Assembly (NCBI GenBank): GCA_043228905.1
Contig: JBHGNT010000020.1
Span: forward strand, 12,834,001-12,898,000
Source: Azolla caroliniana
Lineage: Eukaryota; Plantae; Polypodiophyta
Direction: 5' to 3'
Length of the DNA: 64,000 nt
The notes below the pieces were generated by a model. It ran no database searches. It saw only the letters and a program-made list of their open reading frames with translations, and was not told the origin of the DNA. Positions 54,725 through 64,000 of this stretch are shown piece after piece. The position numbers were made by a program, and so were the translations under genes. Each line of letters opens with the position of its first letter. The first letter of the stretch is position 1.

Positions 54725-55012
54725 TCCAGTTCTATTATGTTCTGGACTCAATTGGATTGGGCCAAACTCAATCAGATCACCTGACTCATTCGAATCTGAT
54801 CGTTGGACTCCAGTTCTGGACTCAACTGGATCAGGCCAAACTCAATCAGACCCGACTCGTTCGAATCTGATCGTTGGACTCGATTGGATCAAACTAGACC
54901 AGACTGGACTCAATTGGATCGAATCGGTCCGGTCCGAACTCGATTGGATCGGACGAGACTCGATCAAACCGGACTTCATTGGACTTGACTCATTCGAATC
55001 TGATTGTTGTTG
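54725..55012. repeat. Short-motif repeat cluster upstream of ARF (~79-bp duplication plus ACTCRATTGGATC motifs)
   Basis: TTCTGGACTCAAYTGGAT...GGCCAAACTCAATCAGA...TTCGAATCTGATCGTTGGACTC occurs twice, followed by further GACTCGAT motifs. Confidence 0.7.
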
Positions 55013-55732
55013 GACAGAGAGACTGAAAAAATGCATTCGTCCCCCCAATCTTGTTGGTGGCACCCGAATCATCGGACACGAAACCCCTCTCTTTTTTTCG
55101 CATGGGGACGAAAACGTACGGGCTAGCAGGAATCGTCCATCCCCATGCAAGTCCACTTGGTCATTCATTCGGACACTTCAATCCACTTCATCAATGAAAC
55201 ACATCGGCATTTGGAAGGACGGGCTCTCGATGATTGATATTTGACGAATAATCGCCTTCTTCCTTCTCTATGGATTGTGCGTACGTTAACCATATCAGTT
55301 TCGAGCAAGATTACGTAACCCCCTGTATTATTTGTCGTTCTCAATGTGGGTGTACTGGTGAGACTCTTCCAATGGAAATGCATATGGAAGAACAAACACG
55401 TGCCATGTCATGGGATTTGATTGTTATGCCATGGTTCAAGATACGCAACTTCCATGATGATGTTTGCCTAAAACAAACTACATTGGTATGCACCATCAAC
55501 TTCCCAATCAGTAAGATGTTTGTCCCACTTTTGGGTGCAACCAGTGGTTTTCTCTTGATCACAATAGATCAAACAATCAATTATTTGCCCCACTTTTCTC
55601 ACAGCCATATGCTAGATGACTTCTTTTTTCTTGCCGCACTAATGATGGATGAAAAATGCCTACGCGACAACCAAAGAAAGTGTGCCACGTTTCATTGTCC
55701 TCGAGCATTTAGGGCAATGAATAGTTGATGCA

Positions 55733-57339
55733 TGTTGTCGATGGATTCTGTGCAACGGAAGAACTGTGTGTGTGGAGAGAGGGAGAGAGAGACCAGATGG
55801 ATGTAGCTCAATTGGTAAGGTTGCCCAATGGAGACCAGGTGGTCATGGGTTCAACCCCTACATTCCATAGTGGCATCTAGCTCTAGTGAAATAGAGATAT
55901 ATATGAAGTATATAATAGAGAGGTGAGGAAATTGGGTTTCGAACCCAAGACACAGTGCTTCAAGTGTTATCGACTTACCACTAGGGTAAGCTAATTACGA
56001 TAAAAGAGAGAGAGAGAGAGCTCAAGATTACAGAAAAACAGAGAACTATATTACTAGGAAACAAGAATGACCAACAGTTACAAAGATAAGGAGAAGGTGC
56101 TTATGTAGTCACCTTCTCTCTAAGTTCTCACACTAGTACCGCCTCTTGGGAAAGAGGTTGTGTCGTAACTACTTAAAGATTCATATGTGTCATAGGACAT
56201 TACCTTCTATGACCCACACCTTACTATACAAGGAGGTGGGGTATTTACACACTTGGGTATCCTAGAGTGTGTTCCCACTCATGGAAAGTTGAGTTTGATT
56301 CTCAACACGCCCCTTCAAACACAACTTTCAAACGCCGAAAAGTTGGTTTGGTTTGGTATTCGAGATTCTTCGATTCAGTTGTTCAGTTGAATCGGCTTCG
56401 GCTTAACCAACTTCCGATCGTCGGATGGTTGGTTCGGACTAGTCTTTGGTTCGACTTTTTGTCGACTCCGTCTTCGGGACTCCTACTCTCCTTACTCCCC
56501 CTCAAGCTCGGTTGGTCAACGATCGAAAGACCCAGGTTCGTCGTGAACTATCGCAGCTTGTCGACACCCAGGGCCGTGGTAAGATGTTGGTTGTCTATAG
56601 GTTCGTGTTGATGTGTTGTAGGTCGATATCCCTAGCCAGAACACGCTCTCAGATGAAGTGATAGTGCACTTCAATGTGCTTGGTCCAAGCATGGAAAACT
56701 GGGTTCCGAGCTAGGTGAATGTTGTTCATATTGTCATAGTAGAGGAGAATTGGATCCTTGATGGGAACACCTAGATCCTTCAAGATTCTCTTGAGCCAAA
56801 CGACTTCACATGTGGCTACGGTCGTGCCCCTGTATTCGGTTTCGGTGCTCGATTGTGTGGTTGTCGGTTGCTTTTTGTTGTTCCATGAGATGGCTCCGCT
56901 ACCGAGGGAGAAGACGAACCCTGAGGTCGATCGTCTGTCGGCTTTGTAGACGGCCGAATTGGCATCGGTGTACCCTTTGAGTTGTGTCGGTGTGACCGAT
57001 TTGTAGAGGATGCCGAAATCCATGGTTCCACTCACATTCCTTAGCACTCGCTTAGCATAGTCGAGATGGATGTCTCGTGGAGTTTGCATGAATTGGCTAA
57101 GGAGGCCGACCGTATAACTCAGGTCAGGTTGGGTAATTGTGAGGTAGATGAGACTTCCGACTAGTTGACGATAGAGCGTCGCCTCACACTCTCTAGTGCC
57201 GGAGTCGACATCTATCTTTAGATTTCGATCAAGAGGGGTAGTGACGGGCTTACACTGTGTCATCCCAAACTTATAAAGAAGATTGAGGATATAGTGCCTT
57301 TGAGAAAGCATGATGTCATATGGAGTCCGAATTACTTCT
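55733..57339 (-). mobile_element. Ty1/Copia element D: RT end/RNase H plus 3' LTR (55733-56308)
   Basis: ORF 56649-57311 is homologous to 29656-30561. The LTR begins (minus) TGTTGAGAATCAAACTCAACTT after the PPT and ends ...CACAGAATCCATCGACAACA, like the LTR of C. Confidence 0.85.
55795..55995. other. Two convergent tRNA-like modules within the (CT)n tract of LTR D
   Basis: Plus strand: TAGCTCAATTGGTAAG...CATGGGTTCAACCCC (~55797-55866). Minus strand: TACCCTAGTGGTAAG...CTTGGGTTCGAAACCCAA (~55993-55925). Confidence 0.65.
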
Positions 57340-57904
57340 TGTTAAGAATTAGGTAATTAACTACAGGTTAATTAGTACCTAATTATGTGATTAAGCAATC
57401 GAAGATTATGTGATGTGTGTGTAAGTATATGAGAGTGTGAGAGGAAGAGAGAAAGAACACTTATGAACAACGAGATAGGATGGGGGATGAAATCATAAGT
57501 GTTCCTCTCACACTCTCAATCTTCGGTTGCTTAATCACATAATTATGTACTAATTAACCCGTAGTTAATTACCTAATTCTTAACATGGTATCAGAGCGTG
57601 TGGTTTTGCACATCCATTAAGCCCACCCGACTCTTCGTGATTGTGTGTTCAAAATGCTGTCGTGATGTGGCGTGCTCGAGGGTGGGAAAAACCGACGAAA
57701 GGGGGGGTAAAAAATGTGCATGTGCAAATGTGTGCACACAAAAGCGATTAATTGTGCATATGAAAAATTAAAAGGAAAAGAAGGGGTTAAAAGGAGGTAT
57801 AGAAGCTCGTGCAAAAAGTAAGAGAGAGGAGAGATAAAAGGTAGAGAGGAGACAGGCTATAAATTTATAGAGATAGAATTATATATTATATAAGAGAGAG
57901 TTAT

Positions 57905-57962
57905 TGGGCTAGTAGATAGTCACATTGACTACCAACTAAAGGTGCACGGTTTGAATTTGGAC
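57905..57962 (+). other. Degenerate tRNA-like module in the solo LTR, similar to 632-701
   Basis: ATTGACTACCAACTAAAGGTGCACGGTTTGAAT versus ATTGACTCCTAACTTGGAGGTGCAAGGTTTGAAT; D-arm-like GGCT-AGTAGAT-AGTC. Confidence 0.5.
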
Positions 57963-58537
57963 TTACAGTGCAGTGTGATTTAAGGAATTTTATTCCTTTT
58001 TCATTGAAGACAAATTTGGCGAACCCCCCTTCTTTTTTTCCTATAAAAGGAGATCGAGGGGGGCTCATTCGGGAGGACGTTTTGGGAGGAGGAGACTATC
58101 GCCAATTTTCCTTCGAAGCTCTTCATCTCCTTATTCACCACTTCTCTTCATCTCGTACCCCTTCATCCCCCCATCGCCACGTGCTCGTCTTCTTCGCGTC
58201 GACACTCGAAGTGCTCGTGAGCCCAAGCTTCGTTGGTTCGATGTTGCTCCGCCCCGTTTGTCGTTGCGAGCCCGTGTGCTCGCCGTTCGGGTGGTCGTGG
58301 TTCGTTGGGATTGGCATTTTGGTGGTGCTCGTGTGTTCATCTTCGTTGTATTCGGATTTGCGTTTGTCTCTAAGGGCATTTAATATTTATGTTTTGATTG
58401 AGCTTGTGGTTAACTATAAGTTGCCATTGTAAACAAAACCCTATTTTATAAAGGGTCCTCTTGCATTGGAATCGAACACATATTTATCTCTTTGGTCGAT
58501 ATCATTCGTGTTTCTTTCTCTCCTTCTTTCTTTATTC

Positions 58538-59375
58538 GTGTCTTCCTTGTACGTTCGGCCATCTTGTGACGAGGGGACCGTTCAGGCTTGCCCATGCACG
58601 TCTCCTCCTCATAAAGACGTACGAGCATTTTTGTGCGTGTGTTTGTGTCTTTTTTTTGTACGTTCGATCGTCTTGTGACAAGGGGACCGTTCGGGCTTGC
58701 CCATGCACCTCTCCTCCTCATAAAGGCGTACGAGCATTTGTGTGTGTGTGTTTGTGTCTTTTTTTGTACGTTTGGTCGTCTTGTGACGAGGGGACCGTTC
58801 GGGCTTGCCCATGCACCTCTCCTCCTCATAAAGGCGTATGAGCATTTGTGTGTATGTTTGTGTCTTCCTTGTACGTTCGGTCGTCTTGTGACGAGGGGAC
58901 CGTTTGGGCTTGCCCATGCACCTGTCCTCCTCATAAAGGCGTACGAGCATTTGTGTGTGTGTTTGTGTCTTCCTTGTACGTTCGGTCGTCTTGTGACGAG
59001 GGAGCGTTTCGGGCGTGCCCATGCACCTCTCCTCCTCATAAAAACGTACGAGCATTTTGTGCGTGAGTTGTGTCTTCCTTGTACGTTCGGTCGTCTCGTG
59101 ATGAGGGAGCGTTTCGGGCTCGCCCATGCACCTCTCCTCCTCCTAAAGGCGTACGAGCACTTTGTGCGTGTGTTTGTGTCTTCCTTGTACGTTCGGTCGT
59201 CTTGTGACGAGGGAGCGTTCGGGCTTGCCCATGCACCTCTCCTCCTCATAAAGGTGTACAAGCATTTGTGCATGTGTTTGTGTCTTCCTCGTATGTTCGA
59301 CGTCTTGTGACGAGGGAGCGTTCGGGCGTGCCCATGCACCTCTCCTCCTCATAAAGACATACAGACATTCGTGTT
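58538..59375. repeat. Tandem array, 8 x ~105 bp, inside the solo LTR
   Basis: A TCTTGTGAC-like anchor occurs at 58562, 58671, 58779, 58884, 58989, 59094, 59200 and 59303. Confidence 0.95.
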
Positions 59376-60970
59376 TGTGTTATCGTCCCCTTGTGCGTTC
59401 ATGTTGCGTGATCATCTTGCTTGTACCCGTTTGGTCACTTGGCTCGTGCGGTGATCTCGGAAGGTCGACGAGTCGTGATCAACGAGAGCCACCGACTTCA
59501 CAAAACAAAGGGCAACGAGACCTTGCTCGGGAAGGGGTCGGGAAGGGGTCGGGAAGTAGTATTGTCGTAAAGCAAACCTTGGGCCTTCTCTATCCCTTGA
59601 GTACTCCCTAGTCCAAGACCCCTGTGGTCCCGCCCAAGTAACACACGTGCGCGAAACTTCGCGACAACGCCGACAACAAATTCCGGATATCTGTTACCGT
59701 AGTGCCGCTACGTAGCACGTGTACGTGATTGAAGTAAGAAAAGCCAAAGAAGGAAAAGAAGAGATGCCACTAATCAACATGAACACACAAATGGGTAGCT
59801 CGCTCCCTAGTGAAAACCTAGACCAATGCAATTATTCATATTAGGAGTACAAGATGAACCAATACTTATTCGACCAAGGGTATTGGAGCTAGATCAACGA
59901 CGCACTTGAAACCAAACCCGACATCACAAACGCCAACTACCCAACGTGGGATCAAGGAGTGAGTGGGGTAATGTATTGATTGGCAGCATGTGTCCACGAC
60001 CACATGCTTAACCACTTTCAAGATGCCAAGACGCCTAAAGAAGCGTGGGCAAACTTAAAGAAAATTTTCGCCGCCAACACGACCGTCCGAAAGCTTCAAC
60101 TCCAACAAGAGTTGAACAACATTCGGCAAAAAGATATGTTTGTGTCGGACTACACTGCCAAGAATAAGAGCATTTGCGATTCGCTTGGTTCCACCAATGT
60201 AAACGTCGACAAAGACGAGATTGTTCAAATATGATTGGGCGGCCTCGCACAATGATTTGACTCGTTAAGGACGGCTATCCTAGCAAGGCAAAACCCTCCT
60301 TCATTCTTCGACCTTTAATCAATGATATTGGTCGAAGAGAACCACGTTCAAACCAAAAGCAAGACATCAAAAGGACAATTGTTCTTCTTGAATTCGGATG
60401 GTGGCCGAGGTGGTAGAAGAGGTCAATTCGACCCCTCTCACGAAGGGAACTCAAACATTCGACATCAAGACGACGAAAGCCATCGAGGAACCTTCGGCGA
60501 ACAAGGCCCCCCACTTGCAACTATTGCGGCAAAATCGGCCACTGTGAATAGGAGTGTCGGAAAAAGAGAAGTGAGTCGGCTTCGACAAGACGACAACTCA
60601 CAAACTACACCACCAACTCTGAATACGACGACTAGGGTGGACTATTCGTAATGAGACATAGAGGTGAGTGAACTCTATGACGACCTCTGCACCTCCAACT
60701 CAAAAGACACATGGTTCATCAACTCCGACACCTTACATCATATGACATCACACCAAGAGTGGTTTTGTGACTTAAGAATGCAATATCGACCCGACTTCTT
60801 AGAGACGGGAGATGACACCACACATCCTATTCGGCACATCAACAATGTCGCATTCGGGAAAGAAGGAGAGCAAACTTACATCAAGAATGTCTTGCATGTG
60901 CCCACAATAACAAAGAATCTTGTCTCGGTCGGCCAAATCATGGAGCAAGGCATGCAAGTTCGTTTCAACA

Positions 60971-61174
60971 TGTTGAGAATCGAACTCAACTTCCCATAGA
61001 AATAGGTTTCACACTAGCTCATGGACATACCATGCTAGTTTTGTAAATAGTAGAAAGGGCCCTTGTCCTAGTTTAGTTTGTATTTAAACCAACCCTTTGT
61101 AACTTTGTTACCGTTGGATGTAATACATAGTTTTCTCATCTTAAGACTCTCTCTCTCAGTTTCGCATACGTGCT

Positions 61175-61215
<41 letters not shown>

Positions 61216-62069
61216 ACTGCTGCCTACAATCACTCTCCTTTCTTTTCATGGTATCAGAGCGTGTGGTTTTCTTATCAAGACTAATCGACTATGGTGTTCT
61301 ACATACCGACGATCAATAAAATCGGTTCAAGAAAAAGAGAAGAAATCATCATGAATACTCATATGGGAAGCGCTCTTCCTACAGAGAAGCTCGACAGGAC
61401 AAACTTCGCATCTTGGGAGTACAAAATGCATCAATACCTTTTCGAACAAGGATACTGGAGCTATATTGAAGGAGCTCACGAAACACAACCCAACCCAACA
61501 CACGCCAAGTATCCTGTTTGGGAGCAAGCCGCAAGCCATGTGTTGTATTGCCTTGCATCATGCGTACATGATCACATGCTAGGATATATTAGAGAGACGA
61601 AAACATTGAAAGAAGCGTGGGGCAATCTCAAGAGGATCTTCGCGGCCAATACGGCTGCCCGCAAGCTCCAACTCCGTCAGGAGTTTAATGGCATTCAACA
61701 AATAGACATGTCAATCGGCAGCTACGCCTTGAAGATCAAGGAGCTGTCTGATGCCCTCGGGTCGATCAATGTTGGCATTGACGACGAAGAAATGGTGCAG
61801 ATATGCCTCGGATGCTTCACACCTCGATTCAGTGCAATAAGGTCCACCGTCCTCACAAGAGAGAATCCTCCCACCTTTTTCGACCTCTAGTCAATATTGC
61901 TGGTCGAGGAAAATCACGCTCGACAAAGGAGCAACGGACTAGAGGGTCGGATGCTCTACTCCCAATCGGATGATAGAAGAAATTTTGTCCGTGGAAATAG
62001 AGGTCGAGTCGGACAAGGCCGTCATAGTCGGCAGATCCAAGAGCGTAATGACAAGAATATGCGGAATAT
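60971..62069 (+). mobile_element. Ty1/Copia element F 5' part (LTR 60971-61248, PBS 61249, gag from 61351)
   Basis: TGTTGAGAATCGAACTCAACTT...CA followed by TGGTATCAGAGCG; MNTHMGSALPTEKLDRTNFASWEYKM. It interrupts the protease region of E. Confidence 0.9.
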
Positions 62070-62381
62070 TGCTCTGCCACAACCGAGTCTCAAGATCAAC
62101 CATAGAAAGCTGAGAATAGTAAGAAATGCACGTATACACACAAAGAATAGAGCAAGAGAAAGTACACAGGATGTTTATGTGGAAAACACTAAACGGGAAA
62201 AACCACGGGAGCCCACTAGCTCCAACTATCACTATGTAGGGAGAATACAACAGGAGGAGCACAGAGGCAACGACCTCGTGCTCTCAATCTTTGCCTGACG
62301 GCAGTTACAACAGAGACATGCTTTGTATCACTCTCTCTCTCTCTACAACAGTTACACTGGGAACTCTTTGTTGAAAAACAG
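62070..62381 (-). mobile_element. Partial LTR (R/U5 end) of a Copia family G related to H
   Basis: Starts TGCTCTGCCACAACCGAG on the plus strand and shares GTGGAAAAC..GGGAAAAACCACGGGAG..CTCCAACTATCA with 62382+. It interrupts gag of F at the zinc knuckle. Confidence 0.7.
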
Positions 62382-62635
62382 TGCTCGGCCACAACCGAGG
62401 AATAGGATCAACTTTCAGAAAACACGAAATACAAAGTGCACAAGGACAATAGTGAGAGAAAGGTACACTGGATGTTTTACGTGGAAAACCCTAAATGGGG
62501 AAAAACCACGGGAGTCCTCAAACTCCAACTATCAGTATAAACAGAGATGTACAATGGTGAAGCTACAAGGCAACAACCTTGAGCTCACTGTCTTCGCCAC
62601 AGGCGGCGGCAGTACACAGAGGCAACGACCTCTTC

Positions 62636-62692
<57 letters not shown>

Positions 62693-64000
62693 CTGCACTC
62701 TCTTCGCATAAAATGAGCAACAACAACAAACTGTTTGCCCTAAGTCATATTTATACACATATGACTTTCGGGCTATTTACAAATATAGCCTCAAGGGCCC
62801 TTGGCAAACATATTCACAAATATGTCCCCCGCATCCGGATCTCTCTCCGGGTACATTCGTCATCCGGCTCCGTAACCGGGGTCTTCATCATCCGGATCCG
62901 TATCCGGGTACTCTTCATCCGGCTTCATGCCGGGTACTCTTCATCATCCGGTTCCGTAACCGCAACCGGGCTTGCCGTCATTCATCTCCGGACATCCCAT
63001 CCGGAGGGACCGAAATCCCAACAAACTCCCCCTTCACTTCGGCATGGGATGTTTCTCCAATCCGACCCTCTTCCGGCATGCTTCCAGCTTGTCGGGTGTG
63101 AGCACCTTGGTCAGCATATCCGACCCGTTCTCGTCCGTGTGGATCTTCGTCAGCACGAACTCCTTGTCTTCTATCCTTTCCCGGATCCAGTGATATCTTC
63201 GCTGGATGTGCTTCGTCCGGGAGTGATAGGCCGCGTTCTTCGCAAGGTGGATGGCACTCTGACTGTCGCAGTAGAGTCGGTACTCCTCTTGCCGGATACC
63301 GAGCTCTCTAATGAAGTCCTTCATCCATATTATTTCCTTGCCGGCTTCAACAGCCGCCATGTACTCCGCCTCCGTGGTTGACAACGCAACCGTCTTCTGC
63401 AGCCTCGACTGCCATGAAACAGCTCCCCCTGCATACGTCATCACATACCCTGATGTGGACCGGCTGGTATCTGCATCAGCCGACATATCCGAATCGGTGA
63501 AGCCGTCGAGTTCGGGCTTGCCGGAGCCGAATCGGAGGCACATGTTTGCCGTGCCCTTCAGGTATCGGAGTATCCACTTGGCCGCGTTCCAATGCTCTTT
63601 GCCGGGATTACTCATGTACCGGCTCACCACTCCGACTGCATATCCTATGTCCGGTCTCGTACACACCATGGCGTACATCAAGCTCCCGACGGCTGAGGCA
63701 TACGGCACTTTCATCATATCCTCCTTTTCAGCCTTTGTCTTGGGACTTTGCTTGCTGGACAGCTTGCAGTTTGCCGGGAGGGTCGATCCGACCGGTCTTG
63801 CTTCCGACATGTTGAACCGGTGAAGCACCTTCGTCACGTACTTCTCCTGTGACAGCCACAACTGCTTCTTCTTCCGGTCCCGGATGATGTGCATCCCTAG
63901 TATTTGCCTCGCCGGACCCAGGTCCTTCATTGAGAAGGTTCGGTGAAGAGCCTTCTTCAGCATCCGTATCTTGACCTGGTCCCGTCCGACGATCAACATG
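62382..64000 (-). mobile_element. Ty1/Copia element H: RT/RNase H end (open ORF 63034-63999) and 3' LTR 62382-63023
   Basis: MKDLGPA, PYASAVGSLMYAMVCTRPDI, GFTDSD, KHIQRRYHWIRE. PPT AAGGGGGAGTT then TGTTGGG on the minus strand. The element runs out of the window. Confidence 0.92.

Larger units (their letters stand above)
57658..59666 (+). mobile_element. Solo LTR (~2.0 kb), probably Gypsy lineage, in the leader of Copia E
   Basis: Termini TGTCGTGA...TCGCGACA resemble those of the Gypsy LTRs. 4-bp flanks ATGC/ACGC (one C/T difference). CTATAAAAGG near 58042. Confidence 0.72.
57340..60970 (+). mobile_element. Ty1/Copia element E 5' part (palindromic LTR-like unit 57340-57585, PBS 57586, decayed gag-protease 59779-60970)
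   Basis: TG...CA unit followed directly by TGGTATCAGAGCG. MNTQMGSSLPSENLD, CVHDHML and KNVLHVPTITKNLVSVGQ match family A/C. Confidence 0.8.

Noticed and set aside
55165-55728. Short ORFs upstream of ARF
   Set aside because: No recognisable family motif; probably decayed TE sequence.
58446-59352. Repetitive 297-aa and 225-aa ORFs; CRISPR-like appearance
   Set aside because: The units are contiguous near-identical tandem repeats with no unique spacers and no cas genes. The ORFs follow from the 105-bp period.
62323-63381. 352-aa plus-strand ORF
   Set aside because: Antisense read-through of the Copia H LTR and RNase H, including a (CT)n tract; no recognisable domain.

Overview
Eukaryotic land-plant DNA (inferred, probably a fern or other non-seed plant), dominated by nested retroelements. 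It holds two intact spliced host genes: an EPF/EPFL cysteine-rich peptide precursor (38094-40224, +) and a class-A ADP-ribosylation factor (51081-54412, -). There is also a TE-disrupted class III peroxidase pseudogene and a PLS-PPR fragment. The rest is one full-length Ty3/Gypsy element, an intact Ty1/Copia with identical LTRs, five decayed members of a second Copia family, a further partial Copia, L1-like LINEs, solo LTRs and hAT-type MITEs. Three things stand out. (1) The Gypsy element has a 4-bp TSD, a tRNA-Trp primer site, and a candidate -1 ribosomal frameshift cassette (GGAUUUU plus pseudoknot) placed between protease and RT. (2) tRNA-derived Pol III-like modules lie inside three different LTRs, including an inverted pair. 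(3) A 246-bp LTR is almost entirely a fold-back palindrome. All calls are by-eye readings; no searches were run.
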